Assembly: GCA_000320545.1 (NCBI GenBank)
Contig: ADNK01001780.1
Coordinates: 20,440 to 84,439 of the forward strand
Length of the DNA: 64,000 nucleotides
Direction of reading: 5' to 3'
Origin: Bigelowiella natans CCMP2755
Lineage: Eukaryota; Protista; Cercozoa
Positions 12,681 to 26,003 of this stretch are shown one piece after another. The notes beneath the pieces were generated by a model. The model was not told the DNA's origin. It ran no database searches and was given only the letters and a program-made list of their open reading frames with translations. The number at the start of each line of letters is the position of its first letter. The stretch's first letter is position 1. The translations under genes and the position numbers were made by a program.

Positions 12681-14476
12681 ACGTATATGACAGTACTTTC
12701 CATCGTCATCATCATCATCATCATCGCTCCGCTCTATTCTTGCTGCAGGTCCTGTTCAAAAGCCAGCTCGCAAACGCAGGGGTGGAGCATCAGCTCCGAA
12801 GGGAAATAGAAATACAGTCTCACCTAAGGTAATAACACACCATCTACAATTTATGATTCACCTCGCCCTTCTATAGATAACGAACTATCGTAATATTGTT
12901 CTTTTGATGAAAAGGCACAAGAATATTTTGAGGTTGTACGGTTATTTCTATGACTCGAATCGCGTCTATCTCATCCTTGAGTTCGCCAATGGAGGGGAAC
13001 TCTACAAACAGGTTTGGATTTGAATAAGTTTCATGTGAAGCGCCATTGGGCAGACGCGGCATCTTCTCATGCGAGACTTCTTTCTCCTTATTCGTGGTTT
13101 CAGCTGCAGAAAGCGGGGAAGTTTAATGAATCGAAGACAGCCGAGTATATCGGAGCTCTAGCAAACGCACTTGACTACTGCCACAAGCGGAATGTGATCC
13201 ACCGAGATATCAAACCTGGTGAGGATGGGGGGGGGAGGCAATGTTTATAGGGGTGGCAGTAGCGAAAATCTTACATATCTACTGGAGAGAGTTAAAATAT
13301 CCTGCGTTGGTGCCGTTTTCCAAGTGGCATCATATTGGGTGGTCAATTGATGATATACCGTGTTGTGTCCTTGCTTCTCCTTCCATCTTAGAAAATCTGC
13401 TGCTCGGTACAAACGGGCAGCTGAAGATCGCTGATTTTGGGTGGTCCGTGCATGCGCCAAATGCCAGACGACAGGTGGGCAGAGACCTGCGTGCGTGGAT
13501 GAGTGTGCGTGGGCAATTAGACAAATTTTCGAGAAATCTTTCCTTTCACGATGAGTTTCGACTTCCATATATCTCTATCACCTTGGTGTGAGTCACCCTC
13601 CTCTTCCTCCTCCCCCTCCTCTTCCGCCTCCCCCTCCTCCTCCTCCTCCTCCTCTACCACCACATCTCAGACATTATGCGGAACCCTGGACTATCTCCCT
13701 CCTGAAATGGTGGAAGGAAAGGAACACAACTGTAAGAAGAATAAATGAACGATTGTGAGCAAAAGATGGACAATGTGAAAACGCTAATAACCAACCCCCC
13801 CCTCTCCCTCTTATTGTCATTCTTTGTACAGTTGCGGTTGATGTTTGGAGCCTCGGGGTTTTAATGTATGAGTTTCTTGTGGGAGATCCTCCGTTCGAAG
13901 CAGAAGGTACTTGGGGATGCGGTACATTAGTGGTCGATTGGGGGGGGGGGGGGGATTTCAAAGTCATAATCATCACCGGATTTGTAAAATAGCGGTACAA
14001 TTCACTGTCGGTGTTAGTCCCGCTACTTAGTCTTAATGATCTCACAGCAGCAGGGGATAAAAATATACGTTTTTATATATTTATTATACATACGATATAA
14101 GAATCAATCCTCACAACGTTCTTCTACCACGCCCCTCTTCCTATTGCACGATGTCAGGCCATAACGAAACGTATAGGCGAATATCACGAGTTGACCTACA
14201 TTTCCCTTCTTTCGTCAGCAAGGAGGCTCGAGATCTGATCTCAAAGGTTTTCCCCTCTTGTTCCGATAACATGTGGTGCTAAAAGATCGGTGATGGCGGT
14301 GTGGTGTTTATCCCTCAGTCGCATCATCCGTCTTAGATATGTGTCTTTGTGCTCGTGTGTTTTTACTCTCCGTCCCCCAGCTCCTCGTCAAAGACCCAAG
14401 AAAACGACTTCCTTTAAAAGATGTGCAAAAACACCCATTTATTGTTAAAAACTTGAAAAGTACCTCCAAGGCATAA
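11999..14476 (+). CDS. AURK: Aurora kinase; multi-exon
   Basis: Spliced motifs: [14 protein letters not shown]|[24 protein letters not shown]|[19 protein letters not shown]|[61 protein letters not shown]. All junctions are GT-AG. TAA at 14474-14476. Confidence 0.97.
12598..12679. repeat. Compound (GT)n(GA)n microsatellite in an Aurora intron
   Basis: Directly visible. Confidence 0.95.
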
Positions 14477-14799
14477 GATGCACATGGAAGAAGCTTTAGT
14501 TTAATGTAAAGTCCCACTCCGTTTTCATGCCGAGACTGCTGAGAGTAAATAGAAGGAATAGGGGAGGGTCAGCACAACAATTCATCGCCGACTCACAATC
14601 GGAAGATTATTGTTATTGAATCACATTAGTATTCGTAATATGTGAGAGGGATAGCTTATCAAAAATCTCGATGCACGAATAATAAAACCTTCCTTGTTCG
14701 GCGATGGTGCAGCGAAAATAGTAATAAGATGATGAATTGCAAAGAGTATATGCCTATGACAGCTATTACGCGAAAATAAAAGCAAAAGGCACACAGTGT

Positions 14800-14886
14800 G
14801 CAATGAAAACGTGCATGCTGCACTCGCTCATCACCGTATCTAGTTTGCCTACATACCGCCAGCTAGCTAGCCAGCAGACAGCAATA

Positions 14887-14929
<43 letters not shown>

Positions 14930-16000
14930 GTATTGCATGTCTACCATTCGTTACATGTAACAGAGCAGCTACGTATGCTAGTATGCCACCGTACATATAC
15001 TAGCTAGCTGCTAAAGCATGTGGCCATAGCTAGATATCCATGTGCGTGTACATACATGCAATACACAATATATATATTATATATAGTGTATTGCTGTGTC
15101 TATTATATGTACGTAGATAGCTGACAAAGGCTGAAAAAAATTCAAGAACTGCTGCACGCAATGCGCGTCATCTTCGGTCGAAAGAGAATGCTTTTGCATG
15201 CATGAAGCACATCGTGGCAGAAACCAACAGACACAACATCAGCGCTGTAGCAGCTGCATTGCACAGCTACATCAGGATGACTATTGAAAAAATTTAATTT
15301 GTTCATTACATCCGTCTCATATAGCATAGTAGACGACGCATCGCATCGCATGCACACAGCGACATGGTTGCCTTTAGCTTTCTAGTCTTATTTTTGCTCT
15401 ATTTTTATCTGGTCATATTGAGCTAGCTAGCATGGACGTACGTCACAGCACAAATAATTGATAGATGCGTCATTATTAATGCTTGCACATTGGATAGACA
15501 TATTATAATATATGTCTTATCGCACGGGTAAAATCTAGAGAGCATGCACGTAGTACTAAGGGTAGCTAGCTAATAGTGTAGTATGATGCTGTCGCTGCTA
15601 TGCACAGCTCTAGAGCTCTAGATAGAGAGCTAGACAGCTAGATAGCACAGCTCCAGCATAGCATAGCTCTAGAGCTAGGTAGTCTAGTGGTACTAGAGCA
15701 TCGTAGCTCAACTGTAAAGCTTGCAGCTCGCCACTGCAAGGTTGTAAGTGCACACTCACATGCAACGCAATGTCATGAGCTAGTTAGGCAAGATGGCATG
15801 TCATATCATGCATCAACACTAGAACGACTAGAGGATAGCGATGTGCAACTGATATGAGGTAAAAGCTACATGTTTAAGGAAAAACAATGATGCAATTGGC
15901 GCAATTTTAAAGATCAACAAAGCTCGTCATAATACAGCACAAGGTGTAAGTAGCTAGATTTGGCGAACAATTCGTAACGCTGACCGCATGGTCGTCGATC
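14800..16000. other. Convergent intergenic spacer rich in short palindromes (TAGCTA, GCATGC, CTAG, GTAC, TGCA)
   Basis: Dense runs such as gctagctagc, agctctagagctctag and gcatgcac between the Aurora and CDK stop codons, with no credible ORF. Confidence 0.75.
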
Positions 16001-16020
16001 CACATATATACTACGACACA

Positions 16021-17046
16021 TTAGTACTTTGCATGTTTGTCTGACTCATACTCCCAGCCCCCATGGCTCATGTCATGCATCCCTCGCTGCTGTCCACCAC
16101 CGCCTCCTCTTCTCATTCCCCTGCTATCTCTTGGTTGCCAAGCCCTGCCGCCTCCTCTTCCTCCCCGTCCTCCTCGCGAGTTGGAACCTCGACCTCGACC
16201 GCGACCTCTCATCATCTGACCCATGTTGCCACCCCCTCCCCGCCCCCCTCGCCCACCCCCTCTTCGGTGGTGCTGGTTCCTCATTCGCTGGGAGTAGGCC
16301 CTGTTGTTTTGGTTCTGGTGTGGGGGTGGGGCGTTATTGTAGCGTTCACGTGCAGGGTAGATGCTGCCCACATTGGCTCCTCGTGACGGGTACCCCCCCC
16401 CCTCTCTACCGCCCTGGCCACGAATCTTATTGTGGGAGGAGGAGGAGGAGGGTTCGCCCCTACGGTATTTACCACGGAAGTGACCGCTGGCTCCAGCAGC
16501 GCGCCTCTTCTCCTTGCGGCGTTTTTTGCTCTCCATTTCGTGGTGATTCTCCTTGTACCGCGGGTGTCTGGTAGTAGTTTACTGACATTAATCTCCGTGT
16601 AATGATGAGAGTGCATATTTTACATGTGTACGTGCGTGCGTGTATGGATTAAGAAGGTATTTTGTAAGATGAAATGATTGTTTCTTCGCATTACTCATCC
16701 TTCTTCATGGGCAGAGGTTCAATGTAGAAATAATTCCTAATGTGTAGGAGTAGATCATAAAGCGACCAAAAATCTCACCATTCATACACACGTGCATGTG
16801 CGCGAGAGAAAGGTAGAGAAGAGGGGGGGATAAGTCAAAAGAGTAAATACAATCTATTGCCCACGGGTGAACATGCACGCACACTCTACAGATCATGATT
16901 CTCATCTACGGAAGAAATTTATGGTGGATGGTGGATAGTCTTTTCTCCTACATTTCGTCCAAGGCCTGTTTAGCACTACATCTTTTCTTTGGATTTAACT
17001 GGAGGCACATGTCCAACAGTTTCACCGCTTCGTAGTCAGTGCTAAC

Positions 17047-17078
<32 letters not shown>

Positions 17079-17530
17079 TATTTACGCGCGTGTGTGTGTT
17101 TGTATACGTCTATTATAGTCATGCGGCTAATAAAAATAGTGAAACGGTAGATACACCTAGAGAACATCGATGGTAATTTCCTTGGCCTTTTGGGGGTTGG
17201 ATCCGTGTAGAAGGACAACATTCTAGCTTCAGGCCAATCATTTGCGTCCGGTGTTCCGCAGATCTGCAGTAAGCAGCACGCGTGGAACATAATGTCATGG
17301 AACCGGAAGAAATGCATAATCGATGGTAACGACCCGTGGCACATATGAACAGATGCGTGGGTGTTGTAAAGCCAAAAACGACAACAATAGCAGCAGCAGC
17401 AGCAGCAGCAATTAGAGCATAAACAACAAAGACGGCGACAAAAATGACATTGTAAATCTGTGTGAGTTGGTCAGGTACGGTAGCCCCTCTAAATAGACCC
17501 TTCCCATTTCCTGCATTAAACATAGAATAT

Positions 17531-17568
<38 letters not shown>

Positions 17569-17923
17569 ATAATATTTTTTGTTGAGTCTGTGCGCATGCG
17601 CGTACATTCAGAGCATTTTATGATTTTGTGTTGACACTGTTGGCGCAACCCATCATCATCATCACCATCGTCATCATGATCATCATCGTCTCGTCGTCTT
17701 CGTTCTACATACTTAACATCTCTGCAAAGACGCATCCAGCTGACCACACATCGATCTTGTCGTCATACTTTTGGGTCCTACATGATGGTTATCATAATAG
17801 GACTAATGAAAATAATAATTGATCATTATAATAATAATAAAAATAACCATCAAGACCGTCGGTGATTCGGCTATCTACTTTCTCGTTAAGCGATCCCCAC
17901 GCTTGTATGTAATACACCATATC

Positions 17924-17981
<58 letters not shown>

Positions 17982-20600
17982 TATATGAAATCGTACCCTA
18001 GCAACAACTCCGGGGCCCGGTACCACAAAGTCACGACTGTATTCGTGTACTGTTAATGTGTCAAGAAGAAGGAGAAGGATGAGAAGAAGAAGTAGAAGAA
18101 GAAGAAGAAGAAGAAGAAGAAGAGGGAGAGTAATGAGTCTTAGATTGACAGTGATGTTTGGTAATTGTTGCTACCTACCACACGCACGGCAAGAACTGGA
18201 AGAAGAAAAGAGAGAGTAGGAAAAATCAGAATGTAAGGAAGAAAGTTGTGACCCTTCCGCTGTTGTCCGCCACCCTTGCCAGCCTAAGAAAGGGTTATTA
18301 TTCAACAACACACAACCATCAGTTGGACTTTATCGTAATCCTAGGGCTGTGACATGAAAGTAAAAAGGACGATCCTTGTCCTGTAGTTGCTATATCGCGG
18401 CGGGACACAAAGCAAGCTCACGTATTACTATTACCCGAAATCCGCAAGTTTCACATCTCCATTATTCGAGATTAAAATATTCGCGCCTGGAAAAATGAAA
18501 GAGTGCATTAAGAAATTGGACATTCAATGGCGGAGGACGAGTTGGGAAAACGGTGGAAATAAAGAGGAGCAGGAAAGCAGCCGCAGTAGGTTCGTGTCTC
18601 CGAGCTACTACCTTTGATGTCGCGGTGGTAGACATTTTTTGAATGCTGAGGAGATCAAAGGAAGATGATAAAGGAAACACCGTTTAGGAAGAAGACGGTG
18701 AAGATGGATGATGAATAAATATGACAACGATGGCAGTACAATCTCAAAGATTGAGTATGGGTTTGGCTATTAGGAAGGGGATCACCAACCAAGTAATAGA
18801 GCGCCTCAAAGATGCAATGCATGTAGTATTTGATCTGCGAAGCCATGAAGGAGATGGGTGGGTCTGTATCCAACAGCCCCGTTAAGTCATGGTCGCAGTA
18901 CTCGAACACCATGTAAACACTTCGATCTGGGCCTGATTATGAAGAGGAGGAGGAGAATGAGAGAGAGAGGGGGATGGGGGGTGAGAGAAGAGAGAGCGAG
19001 CATGCTTCTTATTATCGGGCGTTTTAGCACTATTTGCAAGCTCTTTGTATTAATCAAAGCTGGTGTAATTAAATACCAGAATCCGTGACCACATCGATAA
19101 GGTTGACTATGTTCTCGTGCGATAGCGCCTTCAGGATCTGTATTTCTCGCAATGCCGTGATGGGGAACTAATCACCAGATGGTTAGCAAGGTAAAGGCGA
19201 GGAAGTTACAACGAAAGTAAACTGTAGGCTCATTATTGTGGGGTTCTCGCAAAAATATCCATCATCGGAATATCAAACATACAAATAGAAAATTATAATA
19301 AAAGCCATACGGTTAACACCCACCCCTTCACTTGAGGCTCCTCTATCATCTCTTGTAGAGTCCTCTTTTATCTTCTTTAATGCTACTTTTGTTCCATCAG
19401 GCGCTACCCCTTCAAACACAGACCTGTTCAAACAATCAATTAAGAAAAATGCCGGAATCTTGAGTTTGGAATGAATGACATAACAGAAATCGTGGATATT
19501 TTCTGTTGAAGCAGTTGGCAGGAAAAAGTCATCAATGTTTTCAAATGTGAGTTTCCTGTCAATTTTTAATAGAAATCGTTGTTGGGGAAAGCAACAAGTC
19601 ATTAACAACAAAGTTGTGGATTGGGAAAGTGCGTAGAGAAAGCACTTTGGATGCAGCTATTTAATGAAAAAAAGAAGCAACACACCCATATGTGCCACAT
19701 CCGATCTGGTTTTTCCTATTCATTCGGTACATCTGGACGGTCCGAGGCTTCCACTTTTTGGCTGAAGGAGGTTTGTGTGGTTGGGCCCCGCGGGGTCGAT
19801 GCGAGCGATATCGGGAGCGCCTGGGATCTTGTTTCCGCAACCGTTCCTTTTCTCGCTCTCGCTGCCGAAAGAGCAAATTCAGATGAAAGTTGCTACTATC
19901 ACATCCTCATGTTTTCCGATCTTCAGGATCTTAACTCACATGATGATAAATCTGGATGGGGATGTACCTCATTTTTTAGACGCTCCGCTTCCTGGGAAAG
20001 AAAGGTTTAGAACTTAGTTTCTTTAAATTTCAATGATGTCCATCAAAGAAGGTTCGAAACCTGTAGAGAATCGGCTTTTCTATCTCTTTCTGCTTGTGTA
20101 TTTGAGTCACGATTCGGTTCTCCTCCGTGAGCTCCTTTCAAGAATGACAAATTACCAATGGGTTATTCTCTTCCTCTTTCTTAAATTCAGTCAACTCCTT
20201 CCCCCCGTCTACTTGTTTTCTAATGCGGATCACTTAGAGGACCTTTGTCACTGGGAATTCGAGGGTTTGAATCCATCGGTGTCTCTCGAAGAGTTTTCTA
20301 TCTACTCGTGGGGACTAGGGGAGGGGATGTGTTATTGATGTTGTTGTTGTTGTTGTTGTTGTTGTTGCGCAACCTACATTTGCCAAAAACATAGCTGGTA
20401 AAAAATATACCACTCTTTTATCCCACATCATATCTCAACATCCACCTGAGATTACAATGACATCTACCGTTCATTTTTATTTTCCCGTGAAAAGAGTTGC
20501 AACTAAACTAGGAAACTTCCTTGACTTTTCCTAGTGGACCTTTCTTGCATCGGCATCCTCGATCAAGAAGGGCATTTGGCGTTTTTGTTCGGTCCTCTTC
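16021..20600 (-). CDS. CDK9/CDKC/CDK12-like cyclin-dependent kinase with an RGG-rich C-terminal tail; multi-exon, 5' end unresolved (about 19990-20620)
   Basis: Spliced motifs: QIGCGTYG|SVF, VALKKIK, FPITALREIQIL (PITALRE), VYMVFEYCDHDLTGLL, YHRDIK|GANILI, VKLADFG, VTLWYRAPELLLG, IDVWSAGCVFAEML, ICGTP. The final exon is rich in RGG/RGRGRG and ends at 16021. Confidence 0.92.
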
Positions 20601-20761
20601 AGCTCAATTTTCATCAATTTAAGTGTATTGGAATTTGTCGTAGGATAAAAACACATGTCATTTTTGTTTTATTTCACGAGTGTGGAGGCTCAGTTGCGTT
20701 CTAGCAGACAAAACTCAGAAACTGAAGGAATAATTGGACGGAACGGAAACGCACCTCTAAA

Positions 20762-21763
20762 ATGGATTTCAGCTTCCAGGCAGCGCTTGTTGGCCCAGCT
20801 GAAAATGGAAAAGCAAAGCTTCTTGACGGTGGACAGCTAACCAATTGCGAATGGTGTGCCTTTTCTCCACTCTGTTCTATGATGACGTTTTGCTGCTGCA
20901 CCAGGAATACTGGGCGATTCGAAGTCCCCAGCTCGACACTCTTCCAGCTCTGAAGTAGTTATGAAAGTAATTCATGCACAAATTCTCTTTAAAAAATATC
21001 AGCAAAACCAATATTAAGGCGTGAAGTCAATTTATATACTCACGTTGCCGCATCAGGAAAAGATGTTGAAAGGAGACGATCACGTCTACTTGGTTCAATT
21101 TTTCAATATTCCCGGGAAGCAAAGGTTCTCACATCAAAAAATAGGGTTCAAGGCTTGAAACTAAATTTTCTGATTGTCTATTAGGTTTTTGCGTCATGCG
21201 CCTTTCTATTGTGCTGGCTGCTCCGCCATCATTTTCTGCTTTGATGGTACCAAAGTTTATCAGTTTTAATCTAGGTTTAATTATCAATCAATTGCAGAAA
21301 GCGTTCCATCTAGTTTTGATCATTTGAAAGACTGGATATCGACTACCTTGCAAGATCACGAGGATAGCCCTGTCAAGCTGTTAATCAATTTCAAAGTAAG
21401 GGAATATACCAAGTTTTCTACCCCTCTTCTGACCGTACATTAATATCAGGGCGAAGGGCGTCTTCAAGTTGATACTAAAAATGCTATAGCTCTTGCCCAA
21501 AAGTATGCAATGGATTTTTTCGAAGTAGATCTATCAAAAGGTTTTGACAAATGGAACTAATACTAGTTTGTTGATGCTGAGTCTGATCTTCAACGTTAGG
21601 GCAAGGAATAAAGACAGCCCTTAAAAGCATGATAACTTCTGTGTCAAAACTGATACCCAAGCCCATGGACCCTTCTAACATGATAGGGAAAAATATCAAA
21701 ATATGTGCAAAATTATTTCAAAATTCTAAATTCGCACCGCCTACAGAGGAGCGTGCTTATTAA
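20762..21763 (+). CDS. Highly divergent Rab-like small GTPase-fold protein (probable pseudo-GTPase); multi-exon
   Basis: The Rab1/8-like layout is recognisable: MDFSFQAALVGPAENGKAKLL...VQFFNIPGKQR|FLRHAPFYCAGCSAIIFCFD|ESVPSSFDHLKDWI...PVKLLINFK|GEGRLQVDTKNAIALAQKYAMDFFEVDLSK|GQGIKTALKSMI. Introns are GT-AG; the region between G1 and G2 is not fully resolved. TAA at 21761-21763. Confidence 0.8.
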
Positions 21764-22306
21764 GGTCCGTTGTGTCCACAGCATCTACAATTTTGACAGT
21801 TTTGAGAAGTAGCTTTTTGTCACACATGGATATCGTGTCGTTATTCGTCAACGTTTGGGTTAGCATGTTGAACCAGCTACACAGCTAGCCCTAGAGCAAG
21901 TCTAACAGTGTGAATCTTCCAACTTGCATCGATGGTCATTAGGCCAATCGATCGATGCAATGCGCGCACCGGTTAGCTAGCGGCGGGCACAATTAGAAGA
22001 GTGAGGCACACAGATTCAATGATCTTGTCCAATTTTAATTGATACGAGAAGAATTATTTCGCACACACACATCGATCGCTAGCTGTAGCTATGCGCGCTA
22101 GCATGGAAATCCTCGCGCCATGCGCATGCGACGTGCGGATGCAGCGTAGTGTGCGGGTAGCAGCCACAGGTCATGCAATGAATGAGTGCTCTTTGCCGGA
22201 CCGTGACACACTTGTTCGGGTGACGAGTCACAGCTTGCGTGCGTCTGTCACTTGGATAGACTGCGTGGTGCAATCAAGCAAGGTTCGTCTCCCATTCCCG
22301 CTCCTC

Positions 22307-22363
<57 letters not shown>

Positions 22364-22589
22364 TCTCTCTTGTGACCCTCTCACCCGAAACTGTCTGCCA
22401 GCTTCGATCGTGTTGCAAGCAGCAATTTTGCTCCAAACATGAATGTTCTAATCTGAACGAGGGCGAGGATGCACACGCGCATGGCTGCATGGGAATGCCT
22501 GGCACCGCACGTCAAACGTCACATCGCGACTTCAGGTTGTTTGACAGTGCACAAAAAAGAAAGGAAAAAAGAAAGAATACCCTCCCAAA

Positions 22590-23250
22590 AAATGGATCAC
22601 CAAGAAGAATTGAGGGTTTGTTTCACTTTCGCCGGCCACGGTGCTTTGACGGATGACCTGCACAGGGCCGCGAAGCTAGCGAAGCCCCAGCGAAGGACAA
22701 TCGAATCTGGCTGCTCGCGTTTCTCCCTGTATGCTGCCCAAACTGACATTGTGTTCAAGTGCCACTCGTTCCTAGGATCATCGGACGTGCTAACTCATCC
22801 CCGTCCTCCCCCAACGTGAACCTGCATTTTTGTCACTTGCAGTGCCCTGAAGCGAATTCTCAAGTTTGTGAAAACCCCTGCCGTTTTGGACAAACCTGAG
22901 CACGAAATTCCACAAATTTGAAACCCGAACAAAACCCAAATCGAAAAGTGAAAACGAGTGCTGGTTTTTACGGGAGTGTCTTAGGAAATAGTGTTGACTA
23001 AGGCAAATTTCTCGAAATCCATCCAATTTGCCTCTGGTTTTAGGGAACACTGTTCGTAGTAGTCCTCGGTGGCAAACCCCTCTTCATCCTGCCATATTTC
23101 ATACGTCGTAGGATGCCATTTCATGGTAAATACATCTTTCATATGTTGTCGCTGTTGAAAAATTTGCTTCACTTCCAAACAATGCGATGCCCCAATGGCC
23201 CCAATGCAACTGAGTACATTCGCAGAATCCACCCTTCGGAAGGAAGACTA
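22590..23250 (-). other. Candidate unresolved coding exons on the minus strand
   Basis: Protein-like open stretches KDVFTMKWHPTTYEIWQDEEGFATEDYYEQC (about 23050-23140) and EWHLNTMSVWAAYREKREQPDSIVLRWGFASFAALCR (about 22660-22775). The position fits the divergent-pair pattern. I could not build a clean spliced model. Confidence 0.3.
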
Positions 23251-23400
23251 TTCTTGGTGGTGGTTTGGCGGACGAACTAAAAAGGACCCTCGTGTGTTTT
23301 GATGCAGTTGAAAATGACAAGCTTACAAATTTAGGAAACACTGTCCCAAAGTTGGAAACTTTATTTCGAAATCGGATAGGTATTCGAGTCTCTTTACAAG

Positions 23401-26003
23401 ATGGATTCTGCGATTTTCGGCCTGTACCTGTGCGTGCTTCAACTCTTCATAGCTGTCATGATCCTGCTCGCAAGTGTCTTACAACTTTTTACTACCAACA
23501 ATGCAAAAAAACGATGGATTCTCTATCTGAACATCCTATTTGTGATCTCTCTGGTAAGTTTTCTTCATAACTAGCAACTTTGTGCGGACAATATTCACAC
23601 AACTCTCTGGAAAAAGAAATATCTAGCATGGCTTCCATGATATATGACTATCCATGTTATCGATAGTAGGAGCTATCTTCAAATATGTAATTTAAATACT
23701 CGGAGGATGCATATTTTGAATCTCTAACAAGAACATTCCCGCACAATCGGCACGAAGAGTTCTATGACCCCGCCTTATCAAATCAAAATACAGTGAAACA
23801 TTTGTATAAACTCAGAGTCTAATCCTTTCGTTATTTATTTGCTTCTGTGTACAGATCGGACATTTTCTTACTTCTCATGTTTCCAACAGCTGCATCGTAT
23901 TCTTGATAACTTCTAGCATGCCCTTGATCTTGGGCGTGATAGAAGTTTCATACATTACCGAGTTGGTATTGGTTGCGGCAAAGAGGGTAGAAAAGCTTTT
24001 TGAGCTTATGACGGACAGAAAAGTGCACAAAATGCGCTTTGCCAGTTTTATTTTGAGTGTTCTCATAATTGCTGAAATAATACTGATTGGAGTGACAGGT
24101 AACTTCATCTTCAATGATTCGACAATTGCCCATGCAACATCGTCCTGAATTATTTGCTTTTCGCCCTTTATATTATTCATATTGATTAGATTTGGGCAGT
24201 GTTTCGATGATTAAAAACATTCTCATTGGTGTCTACGCCTCCGTACTCATGGCCTACAATGCCAAAGCTTTGTGGTATATGCGCGTGTCATTTCTCGAAA
24301 TAATAACACTTGTTGACGCCACTCTGCAGGATATGGGTAAGGAACTGTCATGTCTTCTCACTCACATATATAAATAACTTGAGTCCTATATCGTCATCAT
24401 ATTTTTCTAGTTAGCTGGCTTTGATCTTCGCGCGCTCTTTCTAAGCAAGCAGTTCAAAAAGTTCCAATTACTCAAGCTTTCCACATATGTAGACTATGAA
24501 ACAGCGCGGGGAATCAAAACAAAATGGCTCCCGGTATTGCGGGAATCCAGTAGCCGAATGACAAGGCAGCTCATCGGAACAGTCTTTTTAGGTTTGTACA
24601 TCAAGAATACACGTCGATGCTGCTGATTCCTCGATTAATCATTTATCACCCATCGTATGATCTTCTTTTTTGCAGGCTTGCTAGCCGTTACCGCCCAAAT
24701 CTACGAGCTATCACTTATCATTAGACGGATATCCCAAGGCAAGCTTAGATGGTGCTCCTTGCAGCAGGAATTTGTATCGTCCACAACATTCGCACTCTTC
24801 GAGTTCGCGTGGTTTGCCTTGCCCATCTACGCCTTGTCATACGTCTGGATCCCGATGTATCTTGTTTTCTTAACTTGGACAAATCCCTCAGACTTAAATG
24901 ATTCCCATAGTCATCCTAGCCGACTGGCTACATTGAGCATTAGCTTCGAAGGGAAGCGAGGAGGAGGAGAGAGAGGGTCAGAAAGAGGGTCGATCGGTAG
25001 GCGAACAAATAACAATACCTTTAGCAGCGGGCGCCGAGGGAGTGCCACCATGGCAACTCTCTTTGAAGAGAATAAAGATAGGACTATCCGGCACGACAAG
25101 CAGAAGCAACAGGAGCATCAGGGAAGCCGAACGAGCAAGGAAATGATCCCAGGACAGCATCAGCAGCAGCAGCAGCAGCAGGCTTCTCTGCAGCCCAGAG
25201 ATCAATCAAGACCGGCGGATCACAAAAGATATAGTATCAGTAATAAATGCAACGATAACTACAGTAAAGGTAGCAGCAATACCGGTGGCCACCAGAAGCG
25301 ACGGCTGGTTCGTTTGGCCACCAGCTCTCCATCACATATCCATAACCTTCATCGTCCTACACCATCTCCACAATCTGCTCGAAACTTGTTCTCCACGATG
25401 GGGAAGTTTCAGAATGGGTCGGTACCCACGAGGTCAACAGTCACAGGCACCATTACCAGGGGGAAATCGGTTGGCGAACGCATCCGAATAATGAAGCAAA
25501 TAGGCTGGCAAACAGCTCCTTCCCGTCGCTCCTCCGTGAAGGAGGGCCTTGATACTAAGCGCGGTCCTTCTCGCTCCTATTCTCCACCTCTTTCTCGCAT
25601 CCCCTATCATATAAGTCATCATCGTATGCCTCATGATCTGCATCATCTTCAACGCCAGTATAGCAGATTCCACCACCGCCGCCGCTACCAGTAGCGGCGC
25701 CGAATACAGCAGGCCTCTTTGTTCGGGGGAGATGGCGGCGGCGGTGGCAGCGTCCATGCGGGCGTTTTAGACGTGAAAGTCGGTCATGAAGCGAGCTCGA
25801 ATCCCAAAGCAGGAACACAGACCACTGACAAGGGAGGGGGGGAGGAAAGCACGCTATCACAGCAGCCTCAAAGTTGCAGTATTGCCAAGCGGAGGCACTG
25901 TTACCTAGGGTCTATGCAGCACAGCACCGGCAATCTGACCGGGATGGCAGTCAGCACATCTAAAGAGGACAATATCGGGAATGGAAGCATGAAATCACAT
26001 TAG
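23401..26003 (+). CDS. Orphan seven-transmembrane (GPCR-like) protein with a long third cytoplasmic loop and a long low-complexity C-tail; multi-exon
   Basis: In-phase GT-AG exons give seven hydrophobic segments: AIFGLYLCVLQLFIAVMILLASVLQL; WILYLNILFVISL|IGHFL; CIVFLITSSMPLILGVIEVSYI; FASFILSVLIIAEIILIGV; MIKNILIGVYASVLMAY; LIGTVFL|GLLAVTAQIYELSLII; TFALFEFAWFALPIYALSYVWIP. The tail (about 24860-26003) needs at least one unresolved splice to join its two frames. Confidence 0.75.

Noticed and set aside
11999-20600. Aurora and the CDK adjacent as a 'cell-cycle cluster'
   Set aside because: The CDK is the transcriptional PITALRE type and the genes are convergent; the adjacency is most likely chance.
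20000-20620. Faint resemblance of the CDK N-terminal exons (QMPFLIEDAD...) to TFIIF-alpha
   Set aside because: The match is only a few residues and the exon model there is unreliable.
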